DNA of 64,000 nt from Burkholderiales bacterium (GTDB lineage: Bacteria; Pseudomonadota; Gammaproteobacteria; Burkholderiales; SG8-39): assembly GCA_035637655.1 (NCBI GenBank), contig DASPWT010000207.1:1347-65346 (forward strand). The letters run 5' to 3'. Shown in pieces: positions 45,426 through 53,700 of this stretch (position 1 is its first letter; each line of letters opens with the position of its first letter). A program made the translations under genes and the position numbers. The notes beneath the pieces were generated by a model. The model searched no databases, was not told the DNA's origin, and worked only from the letters and a program-made list of their open reading frames with translations.

Positions 45426-45737
45426 CTACAGCACTACGCGCGTCGCCGGCAGGCTCAAGATTGCCGCACCGGCAATCCAGATCCACATCGAGGCCACGCT
45501 CTCTGGCTTGGCCTCGACCAGGCGCTCGTAGAGCGCGGCGGGCACACCGCTGAAAAGAAGCGTCGCGCTCGAGAGCAGCACTGAACTCCAGAACAGCACC
45601 CACTCGACGGTCCGCGGGAAAAGCTCGGGCATCAGGGCGGCCGCGATCGGGAACGCGATTTTGAGATAGGGTGAGAAAATGCCGTTGACGATGCATACAC
45701 CCAGCACGACCGGGAACAGGGTATGGCGGTCTAACAT
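45426..45737 (-). CDS. hypothetical small inner-membrane protein (about 3 TM)
   Basis: 103 aa, hydrophobic throughout. 7-nt gap after the upstream YggT-like gene. Confidence 0.55.
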   Translation of the reverse strand: MLDRHTLFPVVLGVCIVNGIFSPYLKIAFPIAAALMPELFPRTVEWVLFWSSVLLSSATLLFSGVPAALYERLVEAKPESVASMWIWIAGAAILSLPATRVVL

Positions 45738-45744
45738 GCGCCGT

Positions 45745-46047
45745 TCACTGCGCCATGCGCGGCGTGAGGCCTGCGGCGTGCATCGCGATGAAAAAAACGA
45801 CCCGAGCTATCGCGACCCAGAAGGCAGCGATCGGCGCGAGTGCCAGAGGCGGCATGATCGAGGGCGTAATGAACGCGACCGGCTTCATCAGCCAGTCGGT
45901 CAGACGCCGGAACCAGCGGTAGATGTAGTTGGGTGAGTCGGGCGGCAAGAAGATCGCGAACATGAACCGCCCTATCAGCGTCCAGAACAGCACCGAGAAT
46001 GCGTAGTTCGGGAGATGGAAGTACCACCAGATGTCCTGACCCTGCAT
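45745..46047 (-). CDS. YggT-like small membrane protein
   Basis: 100 aa with two hydrophobic segments around YRWFRRLTDWLMKPVAFITP, which resembles the YggT loop motif. The assignment is weak. Confidence 0.5.
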   Translation of the reverse strand: MQGQDIWWYFHLPNYAFSVLFWTLIGRFMFAIFLPPDSPNYIYRWFRRLTDWLMKPVAFITPSIMPPLALAPIAAFWVAIARVVFFIAMHAAGLTPRMAQ

Positions 46048-46111
46048 GGCGGTATCTTATGCTATAAGAACTCACTATCCCAATGGCTAGAACTCACCAA
46101 CTCGGATCCTC

Positions 46112-46777
46112 GTGACGAGTCCGCCGGCGACCATCACGATTCCCTTGGCTACCGGCTGGATCGGGCGGCTCTGGCGACGCCTGCAAGCACACCTGCGACC
46201 AGCGCCGATCGCCACGCCAGATGCGCTCAAGACCTTTCTCGGGGAGCGCGCCGCCCTGATCGCCCAGAAGTGCGCGATCGACTATTGCCGCGGCAAGACC
46301 GGGCTGGCGAGCTATGCCCTGTTCACCGAAAAGCCTTTTCTCGACGCCCTAGACGTCTGCCGCTGGGAAACCTTCGTCCTCGTATTGGGAGACCTGCTCA
46401 TCGTGGCCGAGGGGCACCTGCGGCCGCATGTTTCTGCCGAGCAGCATCCCCGGCTCTGCGAGACTCTCGTCGGCCTTCACTCGGCGGCTCTCACTGCGCT
46501 GCCCGCGCCGACGCACCGGACGCATGGATGGGGCGACGCGACCGAATCGTTCGCCGCGCGCTTCAAGGCGGCAAGCGCCGGAAATCCCCAGCAGGCGCTG
46601 GATGTCGCCGACCACTCGGCCAAACGCCTGTTCGACACGCTGCCGATCCACATCAGCATGCGCGAGCTGGACGAGGAGGTGGTCTACGGCGCGGTGCGCT
46701 TCCGCATGATCGCGGTGAGCCAGGAAATGCAGCGGCGCTTCGCTGCCGCGGACCTGGTAAAGGGGCTTCTCGCCTAG
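46112..46777 (+). CDS. hypothetical cytoplasmic protein
   Basis: 221-aa ORF with GTG start and genome-typical composition. No recognisable motif. Confidence 0.55.
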   Translation: MTSPPATITIPLATGWIGRLWRRLQAHLRPAPIATPDALKTFLGERAALIAQKCAIDYCRGKTGLASYALFTEKPFLDALDVCRWETFVLVLGDLLIVAEGHLRPHVSAEQHPRLCETLVGLHSAALTALPAPTHRTHGWGDATESFAARFKAASAGNPQQALDVADHSAKRLFDTLPIHISMRELDEEVVYGAVRFRMIAVSQEMQRRFAAADLVKGLLA

Positions 46778-47070
46778 AACGTCACCTTGTAGCTGCCGTC
46801 CGTCTGCTTATCGGCGATGCACTGGTAGAGTCCCTTCTTGCCGCCGAGTTCGTAGGGAATGTTGACGCGGATACCTGAGTCGCCGGTCGAGGCCTGGATG
46901 TTCGATTTCTCCTTGCTGGCGAACTCAGCCTTGCCGTAAACCGGGTCCTTCTTGGCGCCCGCCAGGCAGACGTCGTAGGCCGCCTGTTCGTCCTTGCCCC
47001 CGGCGCAGGCGGCGAGCGCTAGAACTAACGCGGCCGTCACGGCGATACGCAGAGCAGTTGTCATGTGCAT
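46774..47070 (-). CDS. small lipoprotein, unknown function
   Basis: Lipobox LALAAC after a signal peptide. About 75-aa mature Lys/Gly-rich domain with a second Cys pair. Confidence 0.65.
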   Translation of the reverse strand: MHMTTALRIAVTAALVLALAACAGGKDEQAAYDVCLAGAKKDPVYGKAEFASKEKSNIQASTGDSGIRVNIPYELGGKKGLYQCIADKQTDGSYKVTF

Positions 47071-47090
47071 GGGGACGCCATTATAGACGG

Positions 47091-47123
47091 CTGGAAAAAG
47101 AAAAGGCCCGCCCCGGGCGGGCC
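47091..47123 (-). terminator. rho-independent terminator of the symporter operon
   Basis: On the minus strand, GGCCCGCC-GGG-GGCGGGCC stem-loop followed by TTTTCTTTTT, 30 nt after the symporter stop. Confidence 0.8.
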
Positions 47124-47152
47124 TTTCGCTAGCGGGGCGTGGATCGCGGCGT

Positions 47153-48943
47153 CTAGTCGTGCGCCTGGCCGGCGACCCAGTGCAGCTCGCCCTTGGGCAC
47201 GCGGATCGTGTCCACGAACTCCTGCATTTCCTTCGACGGCGCCGCGGTCATCAGGCTCACGATCCAGGTGACCAGGAAGGCGAGCGGCAGGCCGAACAGG
47301 GCGCTCGAGATGTTGCGGATGCCGAACCACTCGGCCATGCCGAAGTAGCGCGTGCCGACGAGGTAATACGCGCACACCCCGAAGCCGATGACCATGCCGG
47401 CGATGGCGCCCGCCGCCGTGGTGCGTTTCCACCAGATCCCGAGCACCAGCGGCGCGAACAGTCCCGCCGCGGCGAGCGAGAACGCCCAGGCCACCATCTG
47501 GATGATGCCCGCGGGACGGGTTCCGGCGACCGCCGCGGCGACGATGGCGACGACGACGAGCAGCACCCGCGCGACGACCAGGCGGCGCATCGTGGACGCG
47601 TGCGGATCGATCATCTTGTAGTAGATGTCGTGGCTGAGCGCGTTGGCGATCGCGAGTAGCAGCCCATCCGCGGTGGACAGCGCCGCCGCCAGGCCGCCTG
47701 CGGCGACCAGCCCCGAAATCACGTACGGCAGGCCCGCGATCTCCGGCATCGACAGGACGATGATGTCCTGGTTGATGATGAATTCGCTCAGCTGTAGGAT
47801 GCCGTCGCCGTTCGCGTCCTTGATCGTCAGCAGGCCGCCGACCTGGGACCAGTTCTGCACCCACGCCGGAAGCGCGTTGATGTTCTGGCCGATGACGTTG
47901 GTATAGACCTCTAGCTTGGCGAACGCCGCGTAAGCCGGCGCGGTGAAATAGAGCAGGAAGATGAAAAAGATGCTCCAGCCTACCGAAGTGCGTGCGTCCT
48001 TGACGTTCGGCGTCGTGAAGTAGCGCATCAGGATGTGCGGCAGCGACGCGGTGCCGATCATGAGCGTCAGGGTGAGCGCCCAGAAATTGTTGAACTCGAC
48101 CCAGCTGAACTGGCCCTTGGCGTCGACATAGGCTGCGGCGTGCGGCTTGAGGATGCCGAGCTTCTGCTCGAGCTGGCTGATCTGGTCGAGCACCTGCCCG
48201 TAGGCAAGCTCCGGGATCGGATTCCCGAAAAGCTTCGTGGAGAGCCAGACTACCGGAATCAGGTAAGCGATGATCAGAATGATGTATTGCGCGACCTGGG
48301 TCCAGGTCACCGCGCGCATGCCGCCGAGCATCGAGCACACCAGGATGCCGAGGAGGCCGACGAAGATCGCCACCTCGAACGGGATGTCGAGGAAGCGCGA
48401 GGTGATGATGCCGATGCCGAAGCACTGGGCGACGATGTAGGTGAAGGAGGCGCAGAACAGCACGATCACGCCGCAGACGCGCGCGGTGTTGCCCTCGTAG
48501 CGCACGCCGAGGAAGTCGGGCACCGTGAACTGGCCGAACTTGCGCAGATACGGCGCGAGGAGTACGCCGACGAGCACGTAGCCGCCGGTCCAGCCGAGCA
48601 CATAGCCGAGGCCGCCGTAGCCGGCGAGGTACAGGCCGCCGGCCATCGAGATGAACGAGGCGGCGCTCATCCAGTCGGCGCCGGTCGCCATGCCGTTGAA
48701 GAACGGCGGCACCACGCGCCCGGCCACGTAGTACTCGGAAATCTCCGAAGTGCGGGAGATGACCCCGATGTAGGCGTACACGCCGATGGTCAGGAACACG
48801 AAGCAGTAACCGATGACCTTGTTCGGCACCCCCATCTGCTCCAGGATCGCGAGGATGATGACGAAGCCGATGAACCCGCCGGCGTAAACGCCGTAGATCC
48901 TGCCGAGGTTGTCGACGAATCTCTTGCTGGTTTGGTTGGCCAT
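47153..48943 (-). CDS. sodium:solute symporter, large subunit (VC_2705/ActP-like SSS subfamily)
   Basis: 596 aa, about 13-14 TM. EYYVAGR and GMATGADWMSAASFISMAG are typical of the SSS family. Immediately preceded by a DUF4212 gene, the diagnostic pairing of this subfamily. Confidence 0.85.
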   Translation of the reverse strand: MANQTSKRFVDNLGRIYGVYAGGFIGFVIILAILEQMGVPNKVIGYCFVFLTIGVYAYIGVISRTSEISEYYVAGRVVPPFFNGMATGADWMSAASFISMAGGLYLAGYGGLGYVLGWTGGYVLVGVLLAPYLRKFGQFTVPDFLGVRYEGNTARVCGVIVLFCASFTYIVAQCFGIGIITSRFLDIPFEVAIFVGLLGILVCSMLGGMRAVTWTQVAQYIILIIAYLIPVVWLSTKLFGNPIPELAYGQVLDQISQLEQKLGILKPHAAAYVDAKGQFSWVEFNNFWALTLTLMIGTASLPHILMRYFTTPNVKDARTSVGWSIFFIFLLYFTAPAYAAFAKLEVYTNVIGQNINALPAWVQNWSQVGGLLTIKDANGDGILQLSEFIINQDIIVLSMPEIAGLPYVISGLVAAGGLAAALSTADGLLLAIANALSHDIYYKMIDPHASTMRRLVVARVLLVVVAIVAAAVAGTRPAGIIQMVAWAFSLAAAGLFAPLVLGIWWKRTTAAGAIAGMVIGFGVCAYYLVGTRYFGMAEWFGIRNISSALFGLPLAFLVTWIVSLMTAAPSKEMQEFVDTIRVPKGELHWVAGQAHD

Positions 48944-48958
48944 GTTGGTCGCTCCCGG

Positions 48959-49222
48959 TCAGTCTTCGGCGACGCCGAATTCTTCGTCGATCTTGTTCTG
49001 CGCGCTCGCGTTCCAGAAGCACACCACCACGTAGAAGATGAGCGAGCCCTGCGCCGACATGTAGAAGCCGAGCGGGAAGCCGAAGATCTTGATCTGGTTC
49101 AACTGCACGGCGAACGCGGGGATGATGAAGCTGAAGAGCACCCACAGAGCCATGATGATCCACATCAGCCGTGATGTTTTTTTCCAGTACGCATCGCGTT
49201 GCGCGGGCGTCAGTGCGGCCAT
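48959..49222 (-). CDS. DUF4212 putative solute:sodium symporter small subunit
   Basis: 87 aa from ATG 49222, with RBS GGAGGAGGGG upstream. AYWKKTSRLMWIIMALWVLFSF and a second TM helix. Track ORF start 49273 trimmed. Confidence 0.8.
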   Translation of the reverse strand: MAALTPAQRDAYWKKTSRLMWIIMALWVLFSFIIPAFAVQLNQIKIFGFPLGFYMSAQGSLIFYVVVCFWNASAQNKIDEEFGVAED

Positions 49223-49336
49223 GTTCCCCTCCTCCATGTTTTGTCGAGAGCGTTCGGACGAGCTCCCGTACAATCGCTGAGATGCTAGCCGCGCAACCCA
49301 GCCGCATCCATTAGGGAAAACCCTAGGTTTCGACGT

Positions 49337-49966
49337 CTACTCCGATTGCTGCATTGCAAACTGAACCAGTTCAGCGACCGAGGTCACACCCATCTTCTCC
49401 ATCACCTTGGCGCGATGAAATTCGACGGTCTTCATGCTGATGTGAAGTTCGGCTGCGATGATCTTGTTCGGCTTGCCTTCGATGACGCGCTGCAACACCT
49501 CGTGCTCGCGTTCGGTCAGGGTCGCAAGGCGGCCGGCGATGCGCGATTGCCGCGCGCGCTTGTCGCGGAGTTCGGCGTCGCGCTGGAAAGCATTCGCGAT
49601 GATCGCGAGGACTTCGCGATGGCTGAATGGCTTTTGGATGAAATCGACTGCGCCGCCCTTGAGTGCGCTCACCGCGGCCGGCACGTCGCCGTGCCCTGTG
49701 ACGAAGACGATCGGGATCTCGATGTCCCGGCGATTCAGGTACTCCTGCAGCTCTAGGCCGCTCATCCCGGGCAGCTTGAGATCCAGCACGAGACAACCGG
49801 CGCTTCCGTTCCGATAGGACTCGATGAACTCCGCCGCCGTGGCGAAGGTCCTCACGGCGATGCCGTTCGATTCCATGAGCCAGCGCCAAAGCGTGCGAAT
49901 TGACTCGTCGTCGTCGACCACATACGCGATGGGAGGCTGATCGGGATGCATGTCGTTCATCGGCAT
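49337..49966 (-). CDS. FixJ/NarL(LuxR)-family response regulator (CrbR/ErdR-like)
   Basis: Receiver domain (IAYVVDDDESIR, LVLDLKLPGMSG, FIQKPF) plus a GerE HTH (LTEREHEVLQRVIEGKPNKIIAAELHISMKTVEFHR). ATG 49966 preceded by GAGGAGGA. Confidence 0.85.
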   Translation of the reverse strand: MPMNDMHPDQPPIAYVVDDDESIRTLWRWLMESNGIAVRTFATAAEFIESYRNGSAGCLVLDLKLPGMSGLELQEYLNRRDIEIPIVFVTGHGDVPAAVSALKGGAVDFIQKPFSHREVLAIIANAFQRDAELRDKRARQSRIAGRLATLTEREHEVLQRVIEGKPNKIIAAELHISMKTVEFHRAKVMEKMGVTSVAELVQFAMQQSE

Positions 49967-50002
49967 CGGATCCTCCTCGCGACCCAGACGCACGAGCCGC
50001 AC

Positions 50003-50025
50003 CGAGCGGTCAGTGTAGCAAAGCC
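50003..50025 (-). repeat. copy 1 of a 23-nt perfect repeat (promoter/leader core) upstream of the FixJ-like regulator gene
   Basis: CGAGCGGTCAGTGTAGCAAAGCC on the plus strand, identical to 57123..57145. On the minus strand it reads GGCTTTGCTACACTGACCGCTCG and contains an extended -10 (TGC-TACACT). Confidence 0.9.
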
Positions 50026-50147
50026 GCGATGTCGATGCAGTTCGTCTGCGACGAGGCACGAGCGCAGGCTGTCCGGATGGGTCACGGTGCAAACCCTCTA
50101 CGGACGCGGCTACGTTTCGAGCACGCCGAAGCGTAGGCCGGGCGCCC

Positions 50148-51569
50148 CTAAGGCGAGAGCTGGTAGTCGGCCGCGATACGAGCCTGGATAGCGCGCGCCT
50201 GCTTGAGCGCGACCACCAGCACGCGCTGGTCGAATTCGTGCAGCGCGTAAGGATCGATGCGGTTGTCCGGCGCGAGACCCTGCTGCAGGCACTCGGCCTG
50301 GCGGCGCAGGCGCAGTCCCTGGATGTGGTAGTACGCCGTGATCCACGCCTCCGCCTCCCGCTGCGGCACCTTGAGCGCCGGGGCGGCCGCGCGCAGCCGC
50401 CGTTCGGTATTCACTTCGTCGATGCCGTGCGCCAGCGAGAGAATCCGGGCCGCGTCTACAAAGAGACTGGCGCCGTTCAGCTTGACATCTATCCTGCCGT
50501 CATCGCCGGTGATGAGCCGTCCCAGCAACCCGAGTGGCGGGCGGTTCTTTAAGGCGTTCTGCGCCATCTGATGGAGGAACCGCCGATTACGGGGCGCATG
50601 CCGCATCAGCCAGCGACGCAGCTCCCTGGCGAGCGTCAGATCACCCTGCAGCGGCCGCAGATCGAAGAAGATGGCTCCGTGAAGCAGTGCTTCCGGGCTG
50701 CCGGTGTCGATCCAGCGCTCGAATTCGCGTCGCCATTCGTCAAGGCTCAAGACCCATTGCGGATTCCCCGCCATGACATCGCCGGGGCACAGGCGGTAGC
50801 CCGCCCGGTCGAGCGCCCAATTGATGCGCCGCGCGACTGGCAAGAGCGCCGAGCGCACCGAGTCCAAGCTTTCCCCGGGTTCCACGGCGAACATGATGCC
50901 GTTGTCCTGGTCGGTGAACAGCGTCTGCTCGGATCGGCCTTCGCTGCCCATGAGGATCCAGCAGTAGCGCACCGCCACGTCGCGGAACTCCAGCTCGACG
51001 ATGCGCTGGGTGAGGAGGTCATTGAGAGAGGCGATGAAGGCGGTGAGCGCGCCCACGGCCACCCCTTGGGCGAGCATCCTGCGCCCAAGGTCGCTGATGT
51101 CCCGGCCGAACTGCTCGATGGCCGGCAGGTCCTCGGCGCCGTGGATGGCCTCCGACAGGTGCCGGATGCCGGTGCTGTGCAGGCCAAAAAGGTCACGTTC
51201 CGAGATGATGCCGGCGAGCCGGGCGCCGTCGACCAGCACGATGTGACGCACGCCGTGGCGGATCATGGCGAGCGCCGCGCCATAGGCGGTCGCGTCCAGC
51301 GGGAGCGTGACCAGGCGCGACGTCATGACACGCGCAATTGGAGCATCGAGCGCGCCTGGCTCCAGCACCACGCGGTCCACCACGTCGCGCAGGGTGAGGA
51401 TGCCGAGCGGCACGCGGTCCGCGTCGACCACGATCATCGAGCCGATGCCGAGCTCCCGCATCCGGGCGAGCGCCTGCGCCACCTTCTCGTCCGGAGCGCA
51501 GGCGACCGGCGCCCGCCGCAGCAGCTTCGCTAGCGGCGGGTCGATCGCTTCAGTAACGCAGTCGCGCAT
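50148..51569 (-). CDS. CBS-pair / DUF294 putative nucleotidyltransferase (GlnD/GlnE-like NTase fold plus DUF294_C)
   Basis: 473 aa with two CBS repeats at the N-terminus. NTase motif GSEGRSEQTLFTDQDN (GS...DxD) at about aa 208-222. 20-nt overlap with the upstream exonuclease gene. Confidence 0.8.
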   Translation of the reverse strand: MRDCVTEAIDPPLAKLLRRAPVACAPDEKVAQALARMRELGIGSMIVVDADRVPLGILTLRDVVDRVVLEPGALDAPIARVMTSRLVTLPLDATAYGAALAMIRHGVRHIVLVDGARLAGIISERDLFGLHSTGIRHLSEAIHGAEDLPAIEQFGRDISDLGRRMLAQGVAVGALTAFIASLNDLLTQRIVELEFRDVAVRYCWILMGSEGRSEQTLFTDQDNGIMFAVEPGESLDSVRSALLPVARRINWALDRAGYRLCPGDVMAGNPQWVLSLDEWRREFERWIDTGSPEALLHGAIFFDLRPLQGDLTLARELRRWLMRHAPRNRRFLHQMAQNALKNRPPLGLLGRLITGDDGRIDVKLNGASLFVDAARILSLAHGIDEVNTERRLRAAAPALKVPQREAEAWITAYYHIQGLRLRRQAECLQQGLAPDNRIDPYALHEFDQRVLVVALKQARAIQARIAADYQLSP

Positions 51570-53700
51570 AGTAAGTGCGCTCGCACGCGTCGCGCGCCCG
51601 CCCGAGCGTCTCGATTCCCCGCTCGGACAGCAAGGGAATCATCCTCAGGAACACTTCGCCCGTCATGACAGCGTCGCCCACGGCAGTATGCCGGCCCGCC
51701 GTGTTCACCCCGAAGCGGCCGGCAATCGTCTCGAGCTGGTGCGACGCCAGATTCTCATGCAGCAGCGCAGACAGGAGCAGCGTGTCGAGGACCGGATGGG
51801 CAAAGCGCACGCCGAGGGCTTCCTCCTTGAGCCGGAGGAAGCGCATGTCGAACGCCGCGTTGTGGCCGACCAATACGGTGTCCTCGCAGAACTTGTGGAA
51901 CGCCGGCAGCACCCTCTCGATGGTGGGTCGCCCCTGCAGCATCTCGGGTCGGATGCCGTGGATTTTCATCGAAGCCGGTTGCAGGGAGCGGCGCGGGTCG
52001 ACCAGCTGATCGAACACCTCGCCCGAGAGAAGCCGCCCGTTGACGATGCGCACTGCGCCGATGGCGATGATCTCATCGCCCGCGGACGGCTCGAGCCCTG
52101 TCGTCTCGGTGTCGAACACTGTGTAGGTGAGATCCTTGAGCAGCCGGTCGTCGAGCTCGCGCGTCTGGCCCGGCTGGTGAAAGAGGTCGAAGTCATAGTA
52201 CTCGGGCCGGCTCGGGCGCGCGGGCACGCTCGCCGCCGTTTTTTCCGGCTCGGCAAGCGGCAGGAGCAGCCGGAACGAGGACCGGCTCGAGGCCGGGTCG
52301 AACTCGTACCAGGCTTCGCCGTGGTGGCGGTTCAGCACTTCGCGGAAGGTGAGGGCGCTTGATTCGCCGCCGGTCACCAGCGCCGAGCCGTCCCAGGACT
52401 GAACGGTGGACGACGACAGGCGCGCGCCGGTCCAGGTGAGGCTGAATTGCGCATGGCGTCCGGCCGCCCCCACGGCGAAGGCAACTTCTCGGACCTGGCA
52501 CTCGTACTTCAGCCGATGGGCGAGGAAACAGACCGCCTGCACCATGATGAAGCTGTCCGCGTTCACCCACAGGGAAGCATCGATCTCCCCGGTGCTGGTG
52601 GGCAGCCCGACACGCCCGGATATTCGACGCCGCATCACGTCGATCAGGTCGATCGCCCGGATCTGCTCCGGCAACCACTCGCCCATCACATGCTCCGAAT
52701 ACTCGCGCGCGGTGCGCTGAAGCTCTCCCGTCAGGCGATCGGCCTCCTCGCTGATGATGCCCGTGAACTGGCGGCGGCGCGCGACGTCCATTTCCGGATA
52801 GTTCACCAGGTTTTCGACCGCGGCACGCACGCTTGCGAGCGCGGCGCGCGCGTCTTCGGTGTATCGCTGCAGGAGCCGGTCGCGCCGTTCGGCGCGCGTC
52901 ACGGCTTCGCCGATGTCCTCCAAGAGCAGCACGAAACCGGCAAGCTCGCCGCCCGGCGCCGTCCCGTGCCCCGCCACAGGCGCCAGCTGCGCGCGCACCA
53001 GCTGCCCGGTCCGGATCGCCGCCATGAACACCACCACCGGCCAGGTCTCGCCCTGCGCAAAACGTTGGCGAAGCTGCTCGAGCGCATGGGACATCAGGTC
53101 CTGGTCAAGCAGTGTGTAGAGCGAGCGACCCAACCCGATGTAGCTCGAGGCCGGGCCGCCCGCCTCGTCCTCCAATCCGGAAAACACCTGCCGCGCGCGC
53201 TCGTTGTACAGCAGGATTCGGCCTTCCAAGTTACACACGACCACACTTTGCGACAGTTCCGACATGAGCGCGGCAAGCCGGATTCTCTCCTGGTCGAAAT
53301 CGAGCCGCGCTTGGCTGATGCGCGCCTCCACGTCCCTCAGTACTCCTTCGTGCTGCGCGGCGAGCACGTTGATCGCGCCAGACAGCTCGCGCCATTCCGC
53401 CGGACCCTCGGCCTCGATGCGGTAGCTGGGGTTGCCGCCCGCGATCAGGCGGGTGGATTCGGTGAGCCGGCGCGCGGAGGCGACGTAGGTCCGGATGAGC
53501 CAGTTGGCGAGGAAGCCGCTGGCGCCGCAGGCGATGGCGACCAGGAGGAGGAGCGTTGCCTGACTTCCCGACAGCAGGCGCCGGAACGTCTCGCGGTCTT
53601 GCAGGCCGAACGACGCATCCAGCATGAACAGCAGCGCCGCTCCTGCCCCCAGGAGCAGTCCGAAACATACGGCCCAGGCGGCGGCTAGGCGGAGCTTCAT
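51550..53700 (-). CDS. membrane-anchored HAMP/PAS/degenerate histidine-kinase-like protein fused to a DEDDh 3'-5' exonuclease (DnaQ/RNase T family)
   Basis: 716 aa with 2 TM (aa 5-27 and 48-70), a HAMP-like linker and a PAS-like region (VVVCNLEGRILLYNERARQVF). A DHp-like helix carries YTEDARAAL where kinases have SHELRTPL. Exonuclease motifs are FDTETTG, GHNAAFDMRFL and HTAVGD. The ATG abuts the receiver stop (TAGATG). Confidence 0.8.
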   Translation of the reverse strand: MKLRLAAAWAVCFGLLLGAGAALLFMLDASFGLQDRETFRRLLSGSQATLLLLVAIACGASGFLANWLIRTYVASARRLTESTRLIAGGNPSYRIEAEGPAEWRELSGAINVLAAQHEGVLRDVEARISQARLDFDQERIRLAALMSELSQSVVVCNLEGRILLYNERARQVFSGLEDEAGGPASSYIGLGRSLYTLLDQDLMSHALEQLRQRFAQGETWPVVVFMAAIRTGQLVRAQLAPVAGHGTAPGGELAGFVLLLEDIGEAVTRAERRDRLLQRYTEDARAALASVRAAVENLVNYPEMDVARRRQFTGIISEEADRLTGELQRTAREYSEHVMGEWLPEQIRAIDLIDVMRRRISGRVGLPTSTGEIDASLWVNADSFIMVQAVCFLAHRLKYECQVREVAFAVGAAGRHAQFSLTWTGARLSSSTVQSWDGSALVTGGESSALTFREVLNRHHGEAWYEFDPASSRSSFRLLLPLAEPEKTAASVPARPSRPEYYDFDLFHQPGQTRELDDRLLKDLTYTVFDTETTGLEPSAGDEIIAIGAVRIVNGRLLSGEVFDQLVDPRRSLQPASMKIHGIRPEMLQGRPTIERVLPAFHKFCEDTVLVGHNAAFDMRFLRLKEEALGVRFAHPVLDTLLLSALLHENLASHQLETIAGRFGVNTAGRHTAVGDAVMTGEVFLRMIPLLSERGIETLGRARDACERTYYARLRY

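Noticed and set aside
49270-49300. Possible third, degenerate copy of the repeated promoter core (GGCTAGCATCTCAGCG) upstream of the DUF4212 gene.
   Set aside because: The alignment needs several gaps and mismatches, so it is not distinguishable from chance by eye.
47061-49307. 748-aa minus-strand ORF spanning the symporter region.
   Set aside because: It is extremely Arg/His/Pro/Gly-rich with no motifs. It shares the strand but is out of frame with the SSS and DUF4212 genes, which have clear TM periodicity and family motifs.
49312-49325. TAGGG-AAAA-CCCTA palindrome just after the FixJ-like regulator stop, considered as a terminator or LuxR-type box for the DUF4212/SSS genes.
   Set aside because: The stem is only 5 bp with no following T-run, and there is no second copy elsewhere in the locus. 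That is too weak to call.
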